Shown in pieces: positions 1 through 13,434 of a DNA stretch of 64,000 bases. The stretch lies in NCBI GenBank assembly GCA_964016885.1, contig OZ024742.1:89032001-89096000 (forward strand). The letters are read 5' to 3'. This DNA is from Eledone cirrhosa. Taxonomy: Eukaryota. Made by a program: the position numbers and the translations under genes. How positions within the stretch are numbered: the stretch's first letter is position 1; the number at the start of each line of letters is the position of its first letter. The notes beneath the pieces were generated by a model. That model ran no database searches. It saw only the letters and a program-made list of their open reading frames with translations, and was not told the origin of the DNA.

Positions 1-148
1 GTGATGTTTGCTCTAATCTGATCAGTTTTGGAAATTCTACCTCTTTTATGTGAAAAAAGTGGCTCCAGAGGTATTAAAGTAAGTTTATATATATACATAT
101 ATTAAAATGAAGTTCTGATAATGAATCCTTATTAACCGATATATATAA

Positions 149-2615
149 TTTCTTCCTGTTTTATGTGAAAAAAGTGGCTCAAGAGGTATTAAGATTTGGT
201 TGGTTGTTGAATGTCAGGTGAATGAGTACTATAAATTTCGCGCCAATTCGTGTTGCAGAAATTCTTGTAGTCCAAACAATTTTGATTGGCCGGTAGAGAT
301 CACGTGAATGTTAAAAATTGATTTTGCTCTAAATGTAGGTTTGTCGAAGAGTGTCCTTTTTCGCCTGATTGAGAAGTCACTGAAAAATAAGTCTTTTAAG
401 ACAAATATGTGTGTGTGTGTGTGTGTGTGTGTAGTAAAGAGGTTCATTGTTGTGATAATGGTCAGTAGGGATGTGTGTGTGAATTGCAGTAAATCCAGGC
501 TTTTCTACGGTATCCCTAAAGTACATAAAAGCGAATTTATAAGTAAGGAATGCAAGGAAGCCACAGACATAGTCATCAATGTCCCCTCACCCAATTATCT
601 CAAATTAAGACCTATAATAGCAGGCTCCGCTTGCGAAACCCACCGCCTTAGCAACTTCATTGATACCCTTCTCAAGCCTTTTCTCAAACACATCAAAACC
701 TATATAAGGGACGACCTAGATATGCTCAATCACCTCCCTAATATGCCCCTTACTGAACAAACCCTACTAGTGACGTTCGAGGTAGTCAACCTATACTCCA
801 ACATACTCCACATCCTAGGAATAGAAGCTATCCAATTCTGGCTGGATAATTACCACAATGAACTCCCACAAGGCATCAAAAAAAAATCGTGATAGAAGGA
901 CTCAAATTTATCTTTGAGAACAATTACTTCGTTTTCAATAACAAATCCTACAGGCAGAAATATGGGACCGCTATGGGAACGTAAACAGCCCCCACTTATG
1001 CCAACCTAGTCATGGGATACCTGGAAATCACCCTCTACACTAAAATACGAAACAAATTTGGAAACACTCTCCACTTACACATAGAAAAGAACTGGAAGCG
1101 ATATCTAGATGACTGCTTCATCCTTTGGCACGGAAACATCGAGAAACTTAAAGAATTGCACACCCATATAAATGTGCTCAATACGAATATTAACTTTACG
1201 ATGGAATACACCCATCAACAACTCCCCTTCCTCGACATCCTCATTAAGATTCATAACAAAAAAATAGAAACAGACATATACTACAATCCCACAGACTCCA
1301 AGCAATATCTTCCTTTCAACTGTTGCCACCCTAGACATGTTAAAATTAATATTCCCTACAACTTAGCCAAGAGAATCTGTACTATAGTCTCCAATACAAG
1401 CACCTGTCACTTACGGCTACAATAACTAAAGGACACACTCATAGGCAGGGACTACCCTGCATCACTAATTGACAATGGAATCCAACGTGCCCTAAAACTA
1501 GTACCCAGTACCTTAGACACCCTAAATTAAATCAACCGAAACTAAAAGCTCTTCCATACATCTCCACACACAACCCCTCAACAATGAGGCCTTTGACACC
1601 ATCCTCCAGAACATCCATGTGTTAAAAAAGGACCATAGAATGAACCAAATCCTTCGAACACACGATATCATAAAGAGCAAAAGACAATCTAAGTCAATGA
1701 AAAACATCCTAACACATGCCAAAATACTGACAACCACAACAACTAAACCCACAGTAAGAGAATGCGATAGACCCAACTGTGGCATATGCATCAACCTAAT
1801 AGAGGGTTCGCAATTCTATTTCAAAGAAGGACAACGTTTTATAGTAAAACACAATTTCACATGCGCATCAGAAAATCTAATATATGTATTAACTTGCTCA
1901 GGTTGTCGAGAACAATACATAGGCCAGACTAAAAACAGCCTCCGCCAACGCATGACTGCCCATAGATCCCAAATTAAAATACGGGAATACAGAAAAATAC
2001 CACTGAGTGAACACATTGATACCTGTGCCGCCCAAAATCATCCCAATTTTAGAATCTTTCCCCTCTACAAATTTAAAGATAATACCATCTACACCCAGCG
2101 CATCAGCAAGGAATCTCACTTTATTAACAAATACGGACACCGTCTAAACACTTCTCCCTAAGACGAACCCACAACATACACACGTCAATCTACATACCTA
2201 CATCAGCATACATCCTACATACATTTCCTATCCACATATAAACACAATGACATACGTAAACACACATGTTCTATGGTGCAACACAAATATACACAAAATT
2301 GCATACCTTTTGATGTTTATAGATATAAACGTGCCGACACACACACATACGCACACATGCATTGCACATTGATGGGCACATACTTATTTGTACACAAGTA
2401 TTCCCATACCGCAGGGCCTAATGGATTCCCCTTGCAGTACGTACAATCTAGACACTCACACACACCTTGGTGTTATGACAATACTATACATCATTTCACC
2501 CCTTATATTATTAATGTTTTTGATGTTCTTTTGACAGAATCGTTTTTTGCAAATTACTGAAAGTATCGAATAATGTACACCATTTTTACCAGTATCACAA
2601 AAATACTGGTCCATC

Positions 2616-2649
<34 letters not shown>

Positions 2650-2850
2650 CACACACACACACACATACACACGCGTACACTAACATACAAACAGACATAC
2701 ACACACACACACACACATACACACACACACACACTTCTCCGTATAAGACAAGAGCTGAAAAATATCTTTCAACATGTTAAAATATCCTCCACACACGTAC
2801 ACACACATTCCTACTGACCGAATTGATTCCCTCTTCCACGAACCACTCTG

Positions 2851-2908
<58 letters not shown>

Positions 2909-3324
2909 TTGTCTTAATAGACACCTGAACTGTTGACCTTTCAACATGACTGCAATTCACACACACACATCCACACTGACCATTATCACAATAATGAACC
3001 TCTTTACTACACACACACACACACACCACACATATTTGTCTTAAAAGACTTATTTTTCAGTGACTTCTCAATCAGGCGAAAAAGGACACTCTTCGACCTA
3101 CCTACATTTGGCGCAAAATCAATTTTTAACATTCACGTGAACTCTACCGGCCAATCAAAATTGTTTTGACTACAAGAAATTCTGCAACACGAATTGGCGC
3201 GAAATGTATAGTACTCATTCACCTGACATTCAACAACCAACCAAATCTTAATACCTCTTGAGCCACTTTTTTCACATAAAACAGGAAGAATTTCCAAAAT
3301 TGATCAGATTAGAGCAAACATCAC
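149..3324 (+). mobile_element. Penelope-like retroelement, 5'-truncated, with inverted pseudo-LTR
   Basis: 149-490 is the reverse complement of 2949-3292; encloses a disrupted RT plus GIY-YIG reading frame; bases 1-78 are a further diverged inverted copy of the right end. Confidence 0.92.
491..2161 (+). pseudogene. PLE reverse transcriptase + GIY-YIG endonuclease, frameshifted and with stops
   Basis: FYGIPKVHK, LRPII, GTAMGT*TAPTYANL, RYLDD, LPFLDI, CGIC, NLIYVLTCSGCREQYIGQT; split over ORFs 308-892, 1012-1425 and 1619-2161. Confidence 0.93.
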
Positions 3325-3494
3325 GAGCGCTCTATCTCAAAATTATTTTTGAAAAGCATTACAAATGCGCAACCGGTATAAACTTAAAACTAAAACTGCA
3401 TACTAACCAATACTTATTACTAATTTATACTTATTCCTAATTAAACTATTTTTCACTGGGAAAAATGTGTCAGCATTTTCTTTTCCTTTTACTA

Positions 3495-3552
<58 letters not shown>

Positions 3553-4305
3553 TCAAATATCAATAATGTAGTGATAATATATCGTCACGTTAGAGATGAA
3601 CAGCGTACGTGTAGGTTTGCTCAACGAGTATAAATTATATTCCGGAGAATGACACCTGTCTCCATCTCCGTTTGATTGTCAAAATACATATTAACATTCT
3701 CTATTACTCTTAATTCTTTCAACCCTTCTATTCTTTACCATTTAATATAAACTGCTATAGATAGAATGAGATTTCTTAATTCAATTCCCTAATGCATATA
3801 CCAGCAGGCTACCAGCATTGTTTTTATACAGTAGCAGAGAAAATCTCTCTCTGCCTTGCTTGACACTTTATATCTGTATTAATACTACTACACCAAACGA
3901 CCAGCCCTGTCCATTGTTCAACTGGTCAAATATAGATTAAAATAGGCACCCTCAAAAATTCTTATTTAGATAAAATAAGTCATATACTCATTGTATTCTC
4001 ATTAAAAACCTTCTATATACTTGTTTACCAGCAAATTGAATTGCCATCTGACATATACTATCCCTTCTCTTCTTCCTTTCTTACAACTAATATAAATACT
4101 TTGATTTTTCTGATTTTTTCCAATTTATCCAATATCTCTGAAGAAGTGACAACTGATTATACATTTGCTATCGAATACTTGCTAACATTATATGATTACG
4201 CAAGCAGCAATACATAGGTATTCCGTCTGTTACAGAAACATATGTCAATACCTAATAAATTCCTTTATAAAAGCACTTTCATTTTATATTCATCTTTTAT
4301 ATATA

Positions 4306-4376
<71 letters not shown>

Positions 4377-4382
<6 letters not shown>

Positions 4383-4795
4383 ACAAGAGTATTGTTTATC
4401 TTAATAGTTACATACTAACTTCCTGGTGATAAGCAGATCTTAGCGAACCAAAGCACTACGCGTCAGTAGTTTATCCCATGTATGTCATAATGAGTGACGG
4501 AGTATTTATTTATCAAATAATGGTAATTAAGACGGGATTAAATCACCATAATTGTTTATTGCATTATATATATTTATGTTACATGTTATTCATGTGACTT
4601 CGTCACATTCTTACGCAATCATTGGTGCAGTTATGCAATCATTGTGATATGCCGGTGGTACGTTCGTTCAGTAGTGAAGTGTTTCATTTTAGGACAGGCG
4701 TTGTTATGTATGGTGATATAGCCAATTTAAAGTTTTTGTTTTATGATCTCTGTTTATCCTATACTAAGGTCAACTAGTGCAACGCTCCCTTGACA
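4377..4795. mobile_element. possible solo LTR
   Basis: about 420 bp block starting TGT right after (TA)n and ending ACA; no TSD or second copy seen. Confidence 0.25.
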
Positions 4796-5258
4796 AAAAC
4801 AAATTTAACAACAATAACAACAATGACAGCGTCGTTTTTAAGGCGATGATAGTGGTGCTACAATATATGTAAATATAGTCGTTCACCCGCACACATTTAT
4901 ATATATACACAGATACATAACCCACATAGACACATATACGCACCTACATATTTCTATGCATACACACATTCACATATACATTCATAGTTATATATACTTG
5001 TATATTTACACATACTTCCATATACACAGACAGGTACATATATTTTTCGACACAATCGAAAATGACAACACCATTGGCTCCAGCATTCGTGATGTTGAGC
5101 CCATACTACCTAATATTGAAACATTATGCATAAAACAACGCGCGCGCACAGATACGTCCATATATAGTTCTGTAAACACAGACATATATGCCTAAATATA
5201 AATTAAAATAAAATAATATATAGGATGAACAGTGATAGGCAAGAGTATAAGGGGATAA

Positions 5259-5440
5259 AATTGTTTCTACTTTTGGCACAAGACCAGCAATTACCCAGTG
5301 CATTACTGGTACTTTATTTTATTGACCCAGTAAGGATGAAAGGCAAAGTTAACTTCGGCGGGATTTGAACTCAGATTGGCGTGGGCCACAACTCTATGCA
5401 TCAAAGCATGGCATCCGACCCTCTACCGATACTGCCAATC
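5259..5440 (-). mobile_element. tRNA-derived SINE, family A
   Basis: reverse strand has A-box-like tggcagtatcgg, B-box-like gagttcaaatcc and central ctttcatccttac..ggtc.ataaaataaagtaccag (resembles Deu/Nin domain); about 10 copies in window. Confidence 0.85.
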
Positions 5441-5625
5441 CTCGTAAAGAAAGTATAGGGATTATGAATGTAAGAACAATAAAAAATATAAACATATAGG
5501 GAATATGTAAGAAATATATATAAAAAATATATGAAAGTATACAAAAAATTTTATATTTAGAGATTTTTTTAAATATTAAAAAAATATTTTTGAAATATTA
5601 ATTTTTTTAAATATATAAAGAAAAT

Positions 5626-5758
5626 AATTGTTTCTACTTTAGGCACAAGGCCAGCAATTAACCAGTGCATTACTGGTACTTTATTTTATCGACCCCGTAA
5701 GGATGAAAGGCAAAGTCAACCTCGGCGGGATTTGAACTCAGATCGTAAAGGGACGTAA
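5626..5758 (-). mobile_element. SINE family A, partial
   Basis: near-identical to 5259-5440 and 5981-6167. Confidence 0.85.
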
Positions 5759-5980
5759 AGAAAATAATGTAAGAAAACATGGAATATAAAAATGATATAA
5801 AAAATATAAAAATATAAAAGAAAAGAAAATATAATGGATATAAGAAAGTATATAGAGAAAATATATATAGAAATATTAGCTATATGTATAGACCGTTATA
5901 ATAGCCATGTGTAGTTCGGGATAATGATAATGATGGTTACCTGACTAATAAAAGTAATGATAATTATAAGTTATATTAAT

Positions 5981-6167
5981 AATTGTTTCTACTTTTGGCA
6001 CAAGGCCAGCAATTAACCAGTGTATTACTAGTACTTTATTTTATCGACCCCATAAGGATGAAAGGCAAAGTTAACCTCGGCGGGATTTGAACTCAGAATG
6101 GCAAGGGCCGTAACTCTATGCGTCAAAGCATGGCGTCCGACCCTCTACCGATACTGCCAATCCACCA
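5981..6167 (-). mobile_element. SINE family A
   Basis: full-length copy of the same family. Confidence 0.85.
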
Positions 6168-6220
6168 GTTATATTAATAATAATGATACTAAACATCCTG
6201 GTATTGATGAAAATATCTAA

Positions 6221-6320
6221 CAACTGTTTCTACTTTAGGCACAAGGCCAGCAATAACCCAGTACATTACTGGTACTTTATTTTATCGACCCCGTAAGGAT
6301 GAAAGGTAAATTTAACCTCG
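6221..6320 (-). mobile_element. SINE family A, 3' part
   Basis: matches family 3' half. Confidence 0.8.
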
Positions 6321-6459
6321 TAACATAAGAATATATGTATTATTGGATAATAATCCATACCCATACAGGGCAACTTACATTACAAAGTGGGAAGCATTGG
6401 TGAATAAGATAGTCAGTAACAGGTATGCAGATACTATTGCATTCAAATTCTGAGAACAC

Positions 6460-8313
6460 TTGAGAACTCTTGAGCAAACTGAGGATGGTGAGACAGAGTG
6501 GAGATTGTTCAGCACAGCAATTTCTGTTGCGGGCAAAAGTGGCTTGGCGTCGAATGGCAGGAGGACCCCTTGGTTCAATCAAGAGGGCAAAGATGCTATC
6601 TTAGCAAAGGAGGCATACAAAAGCAAAGGTTGGCTTGGAAATAATTTCTACTTCTTACACTTTCGGTACAAGTAGGCACGAAAAACCACAGCAGTGACGG
6701 TGAGGGTGTCAAAAGTTAAGACATGGGAGGACTTTGGGGCTAAGCAGGAATCCGACTTCAGAGCAGCAAATAAAGTGTTCTGGCAGACCATCCGCCGACC
6801 ACGTGGTAGGACGCTCTCCTTCACCCCTGGTATCAAGAACGCGTCTGGGGCTTTCCTCTCTTCAGAGCGGTACATCCTCGCGAGATGGAGAGATTACATT
6901 GCTGATCTCCTAAACCCGAGCACAACAGCATCTTCTGGTGTACAGGAGGTGCATCTGGGTGCGGTGACTAATCTCTTAGATGCTGAGGTCACAAGAGCAG
7001 TTAAAAAGCTCAAATGTAGCAATGCCAGTGGCGAAGTTGATATTCGGCCTGGATCTCTGGAAAGGCACATAAGGGAGAGATTGTCCCAATTAAAGAGGAA
7101 TTTCCCTGTGAAGCCTCCTCGGTAAAGTATATGCTAAGTGACTAGCAAAGAGATGCAGGGAGATTGTCGAATCCAAGTCAGCTGGTGAACAGTGCGATTT
7201 TAGCCCTGGACGCATCACAGCTGACCAAATGTTCACACTGTAACAGGTCTTCGATAATTTGTGGGAATATTGACAAGAGGAATATTCTTGTTTTCTAGAC
7301 CTCGAAAAGGCATATGCCCACCTTCTTCGGGACCTGCTGTGAAAGGTTCTGCGGGAGTATGGGAGTGATGATCAGCTTCTGGTTTCACTGATGTCTCTAT
7401 ACGAATGCCTGGCTATTTCAGCTTGAATACATGGTGTTAAACTGAATCTATTCAATGTGGGAGGCGGACTCTACCAATGATACATATTGTCAACTCTCAT
7501 CTTCATTATTTTGATCAACAGTTTTGACACGCACAGCCAGGTTGGAAGTGGTGTCAAGACTGGCGGGTGTAATATCGGTAGGCGCCAGGGTGATACTTAA
7601 CTCTACAGAAAGTTATCTCCGACTTGAAATGTGATGCCTAGTGCTGCATGGCTGGCATGAAAATCAGTGCTACAAAAACTGAGACACTCGACATCTCAAG
7701 GAAGCCTGCGCAGTGCACTGTAAATGGAGTTCCACTGAAGCAGACGGGGAAGTTCATGTAACTCGGGGCCGTGTTCACAAGGGATGGAAAGCAAGAGGCC
7801 GAAGAATTGTTAGAGCTGGTGCAGTAATGCGCTAGTTTCACCTTTCAGTAATCAGAAAAAGGGAGGATCGTGTAAAATCAAACTCACTACCTTCAATTCG
7901 TGACAACCCTTACCTATGGTCGTCAATCTTGGGTAATTACCGAAAGTGTACGATCACGAATACAAGCAGGACTTTTGGAGTAATGTTTCTGCACAGAGGG
8001 CGTAGCACGGAGATAAGCATGTCATCCCAGCTGGAGTCGCTACTTCTCCGAATTGAGATATCACAGTTCGATACTATGGGCATGTGGAAAGAATCATTGG
8101 ATAGATTGTATAGGCAAAACCTACCGGCAAAGAACCCAGGAGTAGACAACCATGACAAGAAGAAGAAGAAGAAGAAGAAGAAGAAGAAGAAGAAGAAAAA
8201 GAAAAAGAAGAAAAAGAAAAAGAAAAAGCAAAAGAAGAAAAAGAAGAAGAAGAAGAAGAAGAAGAAGAAGAAGAAGAAGAAGAAGAAGAAGAAGAAGAAG
8301 AAGAAGAAGAAGA
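6460..8313 (+). mobile_element. degenerate RTE-type LINE (RT pseudogene) with (AAG)n tail
   Basis: TPWFNQE, KTWEDFG, EQCDFSPGR, FLDLEKAY (about 7292); many stops; ends in AAG microsatellite 8157-8313. Confidence 0.8.
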
Positions 8314-8392
8314 GAGCGAAGAAAACTGATATTGATGCAAATTATTAAAATAATATCAAAATCTATCATAACAAAAATTAAGAATTACTTAC

Positions 8393-8458
8393 CATATAGG
8401 TAATTTTTAAACCGCTAAGGTCAGCAATAGCCTCGCCCATTTTTGTGGAACTGTTGAA
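8393..8458 (-). CDS. M13 peptidase exon with ExxxD third zinc ligand
   Basis: tttgatag|TTC...TATATG|gtaagt; 66 nt; FNSSTKMGEAIADLSGLKITYM (family GENIADxGG). Confidence 0.93.
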
Positions 8459-8790
8459 CTATCAAAGTAGTAAATAAGGATTGTAATGTGATATTCATTT
8501 GCATTAAAAATAATTTGATATCGGATTCGAAAGATTTCCGTGTGATAAAGTGTTTAAAAACTAGGTCAAAGATCATGAATACCGGATCTCCATGCCCTGA
8601 TTTGAAGAACATAAGCCTCATCGTACATTCATGTATTCATGTAAACTATTCAAACATGACTTTTTTTAGCTGAGTTTAACATACCCGATGTAACGAGGAT
8701 AATTTATCGCATGACATTTTGGTACCAAACATATATTAGTAATGATGAAAGGACTTTTAATATTAAGTAGAATAAGAAAACTATACTTAC

Positions 8791-8921
8791 GGTTTCATTA
8801 ATGCTTTTTATTTTGAAATTAGATAAATCCTCTTCAAGTCCAGTTTTTCGTTCGTCAAACTTTTCTCGTGAACTAGAAGTTAATAGTTGCTGAAGTACTC
8901 CAAATTCGTCATAGTTAATGC
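8791..8921 (-). CDS. M13 peptidase internal exon
   Basis: taatttag|GCATT...GAAACC|gtaagt; 131 nt, phase 1 to 0; INYDEFGVLQQLLTSSSREKFDERKTGLEEDLSNFKIKSINET. Confidence 0.9.
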
Positions 8922-9309
8922 CTAAATTAAATCAACAGGAATTAAACTCTCTTTGACTCCTCAAATACACTTAAGGAGAATTTATATTTAAGTGTAATTC
9001 TAAGTTTAAACAAGATAGATGTTCGCCCTTAAATATATTTGGAGTAAACGCACAGATTAAGCTGGAAACAGTAGTGTGACGATATATATAAATCCAAACG
9101 AGAATCAACTTAAAGAGAACACAGTTGTTGATCGAGTTTAATATAGATTTCAGACATTGATACAATGCCCCAAATATGAATGACTGACATATTCATACAT
9201 TTTATGGGACGATAAGAGCAAAAGGGCGTTTTTATATTAAATAGAGTCCAAGACTGGATTAAGTATTTATTTTATCAAGCCTTGTAAGTTTAAAAGTCAA
9301 AGTCAACGT

Positions 9310-10410
9310 AAGCGCTCCGTGCTACACCCAGACGTGTTTCCTCGCTGAACTTGATACTTGTATCCGAGCAGCAGCCGAGGAGATATGCAACGTCAAGCTT
9401 GACGACATAGGGTGGCAACAGGCCACTTTACCTGTCCGGTATGGCGACCTTGGCCTCTGGTCCCCGATCTCACTAGCTTTGCCGTCGTATCTTTCGTCGG
9501 TAACCTCGTGCCGCGTCCTCGTCAGCAGGGTTCTTCAAAGCACAACAGACCCTCTGTGTTCAGAGAACGTGAGGCCGCCTGTGATACGTGGGACCGGCTG
9601 GGACTTAGCCCAGTAGACGTCCCTGCTCCTTCTCCCCCTGTTTACGTGAAGTCCCCTCGTGCGCTCTTGGGATGCCATCCAGTGCAGCCTGGCCTCAGAC
9701 AGTCTCACGTGCCAGCTCGACCAACACCGCCTTGCTTGTTTTCGTGCGGCCTCCAAACCCCACAGTGGTGCCTGGCTCCATGCCCTGCCCCCCTTCTCCA
9801 CTGGCATACAGCCTGCCAGCCATACGAATGGCGCTGCGGTTCCACCGTGGACTCTTTCGGCCTCCACCCACTTTCCTGTCGCCACAGTACCGGCCGCATT
9901 TCACGCCATGCTACTCTCAACGAGGTCATTAAGCATGGCTTGGACGCTGCAGGTCTCCCTTCCCAGATCGTGCCGGTGGGACTGAATCGAGGGGACGGCA
10001 AAAGGCCAGATGGCATGCCCATCTTTCCGTTCCGCGGTGGAAACGCCTCGTCTGGGATGCCACTTGCACCGACACTTTCTGCAGCCGCAACCTGGTGCAG
10101 TCTGCAAATGACCCAGGTTCTGCTGCACCTCAGGCTGAGGAGGCCAAACTTCTCAAATACCGGTCGCTCTCCGACAGGTTTGCGGTCGTAACCCTGGTAG
10201 TGGAAACTTCTGGTGCCCTCGGCCCCAGGGCTACCGCCTTACTCACCACCATAGGCGCTGAGCTGGCCAGCCGCAGGTGTGAGCCCCGCGAGTTGGACTG
10301 GCTTTTCCAGCGCGTCTCCCTTGCCATTCTCCGGGGAAACACCTTCTCTATTCTGTCCGCCGGGGCTGTGGGTGGGCCCCATCGCGTATCATTTTTGTAA
10401 ATATGATAAC
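9310..10410 (+). mobile_element. CRE/R2-like non-LTR retrotransposon 3' fragment (restriction-like endonuclease)
   Basis: GC-rich island; SGAWL, RHATLN, DGKRPDG, VETSGALG, LFQRVSLAILRGN; frameshifted. Confidence 0.8.
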
Positions 10411-11534
10411 AATCTATCCAACTAACGACGTATTATCTTCGCTTTTTTTACGTAAGCGTTACTTGATCTCGCAAAGTAAAGGAATGTTACTAAATGTCAC
10501 GAAGGTTCTCTAATGATTATGCCAATCTACTATCCCGTTTGAGATTAATTTTCTAACCGAACGTCCAAACACTGTTGAGTGGACTCATAACAAACTTATA
10601 ACAATATATCTTACAATGTAAAAATAATAGGAGACATAAATTTAAATGCGTTATGAAGATTGAAAAAATTGCCTTAACACATTGTTTTGGTCTTCAAAAT
10701 TTAAATTTGTGTGTCCTATTAAGCAATGCTTCAAGCAAGCTACAGAGCTCTGTTATAAAAATAACAACTTAAGCTAAATATGATTGTAAAACGCTGGCGT
10801 TCATCTCAATCTAATATCATAGACATATTACATACATTAATTCAGAATGTTTGATCTGTTGTTTGCTGCGATGAAGAACATCAGCTATAGGTCAGCTAAC
10901 CATGACAACTCACACTAGAGCTGGATAGTTTTATCCTTAAGTTCCTTTACCTAATATTTCGCACGATTGCACGCATCAAAGGAAGGCAGAGAAAGACCAA
11001 GGCATTGTTGGTCAGATTGAATCTTTCGCCTCACCTCATTGAAGAGCAAGAGCCCGAGACGTTAAACAACTGGTATCAGTATATTAATTATTGTCAGTAT
11101 AGAATCTCACCATCTTGTTGGATTCTAGACGTTAGCTAGGATGGCTCAAACCACAATATGACAGATCGAGACTGACCACGGCAAGTGCCCATACCAGGCT
11201 CAAATCAGCAACAATTACCGAAAAAAAGGCGGAAATGTTTTATTTAAGAACTGTTTAAATATTTACAGTAATTATTGCGTATAAACACTATAATATACTG
11301 TGTGTAGTAATTACACAGAAAAGATTTAAATAAATTGAAGTACGAATACGTCTCTGTCCACATTTTTACATCTCCACGTATAATATACCCGTTGTTTTCA
11401 ACAATCATTTATAGTGATCATCTACCGTTATAGTATCAACATTATGAGTGTGTAGTCAACTAGCACTTCACGTTGAAATATTCCTCACTACAGATTACTC
11501 GTAACCTTAGAGATAACCTTAGAGGCTAAGGTTA

Positions 11535-11580
<46 letters not shown>

Positions 11581-11769
11581 CAAAGTAAACGAGATATTGT
11601 CTAAGGATTAGACAATATTTCGTTTACTTTGATATATATACATATATATACATATATATAGTAATAATAATAAAATTGAAGACTAAAATCCAAAGGGGGC
11701 TCGATAAGGAAAACTTATATCAAATATATAAGAACCGTAGAGCAAATATTTATTAAAATAACAGATTAA

Positions 11770-11820
11770 AGTTTAAGCAAAGAATCGCTGCTTTCACCCT
11801 TAACGGGATCTTCTGAAACT
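11770..11820 (-). ncRNA. type I hammerhead-like motif (CAGAAGA core variant)
   Basis: inverted copy of 13207-13257. Confidence 0.6.
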
Positions 11821-11911
11821 AACAAAGTCAATCTGTAAACGCAGAACTGGATATTTCAAAAAACGTTGCAGCCGGAGGAAGACAGGAAGACGATACTTTG
11901 GTTCGTGGTAA

Positions 11912-12278
11912 GGTTGTAACACCCACGTCCCGTAGGGCCTACATAGGGTTAACCGCCAATAGTTTCAAGCAGCGTCTTTACATGCATACCCATTCTTTTC
12001 GTTACCCTCTAAGAAGGAATATGACGTCACTTTCAGCTTATATCTGGAGTCTAAAAGACAACCACACCCAATATAAGTTACACTGGGAGATCCTAGCTAG
12101 GGCTAGATCGTATAACGGAAATAAAAGACCATGTGACCTCTGCGCCGCTGAGGCCCTGGAAATACTCTACGCCACAGACCACATCTTAAACAAAAAATCT
12201 GAGACAATTTCGGCTTGTAAACATAAATTGCACAAAACTCTCCTGTATTACAGCCCCACGTTATACCCTAACGGATAG
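11912..12278 (+). pseudogene. PLE GIY-YIG endonuclease C-terminal part (probably Naiad-type), open but 5'-truncated
   Basis: YIGLTANSFKQR..HTHSF, TSLSAYIWSLK, CDLC..E, LNKKSE...CKH; no RT. Confidence 0.85.
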
Positions 12279-13206
12279 CACGATCTATACGTGGATATTT
12301 TACGTCTTGATGTGGCAGCTAAGTATATGTTTTGTTTATTCCTTTACTTATTTGCATAGGTAAGTATATATTACCCATATGTTTTGTGAAGGTATGTATA
12401 CCTTCTCGTACGTATATTTGACTGTTATGGCGTATCATTTTTACATATTCTGGTATTTAGGGTTTGGCTATGTGTATACGGGAGTTTTGCGTCCGAGTGA
12501 GTATGCAGGTTCGTACGTATGGTGGGTGTGTGTATATGTGTACTTCTTGTATTAGTTGACTTACGACTCCGAACATTCGTGTATTTATATGTAGGTATGT
12601 GTGTGCGCTTGTTATATACGTATTTATTTACTTATATACGTTTATATAATTATTTATTTATTTGTACACAAGCATACACACACACACATATTTATATGTG
12701 CGTGGTTTTGTATACCTATGGTAAGGTTTTGCGTATGCTTGTGTATGTACGTATCTGTTTGCGCATATGTATTTATTTGTTTCTATTACTTCTGTATCGT
12801 ATTTATTTACTTTGTTCTTAACTCTGTAGCGGAGATTCATTTGGTCTCCTAGTTCAAATTTTAGTCTACGACTTCTGCTATACCATTTACGTGGTTTTGT
12901 CTTTGCGTGCTTTTGTTCTCCACGCTCCACATATGACTTATTATCTTCGTTTTTTCGTTCATTGCCAGAGAACGTCTATATGCACCACCTAAGAGAACAT
13001 TAGTCTACGACCTCTTTTATACCATAAACGTGGTTTTGTCTTTGCGCGTAATTGTTTTTCACCGCTCCTATTAATGACGTATTATTCGTTTTTTCCCGTT
13101 CTTTGCCAGCGAACGTTACCACGAACCAAAGTATCGTCTTCCTGTCTTCCTCCGGCTGCAACGTTTTTTGAAATATCCAGTTCTGCGTTTACAGATTGAC
13201 TTTGTT

Positions 13207-13257
13207 AGTTTCAGAAGATCCCGTTAAGGGTGAAAGCAGCGATTCTTTGCTTAAACT
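13207..13257 (+). ncRNA. type I hammerhead-like motif (CAGAAGA core variant)
   Basis: agttt CAGAAGA t ccc gttaa ggg t GAAA gca gcgattctt tgc TT aaact. Confidence 0.6.
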
Positions 13258-13434
13258 TTAATCTGTTATTTTAATAAATATACATATATATATATATAAA
13301 TGTAATCTGAGTTTTTCGAATATTAATAATAATATTCCATTCGTTTGCAATTATGCAAATAAGCCTTATTTTTAAAGTAGAATGAGCCCTTCATTCTTGC
13401 TCTTTTGGTTGCATGTAATATATATATATATATA

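Larger units (their letters stand above)
11661..13281 (+). mobile_element. palindromic PLE derivative: 166-bp inverted arms around a GIY-YIG-only ORF
   Basis: 11746-11911 is the reverse complement of 13116-13281; about 85-bp tail 11661-11745 on left arm only; (TA)n on both flanks. Confidence 0.9.

Noticed and set aside
3291-3355. hammerhead-like motif at the end of the first PLE
   Set aside because: Core reads TTGATCA/AAAA; too many deviations to call.
8074-8403. poly-K/R/S/L ORFs
   Set aside because: (AAG)n LINE tail read in different frames.
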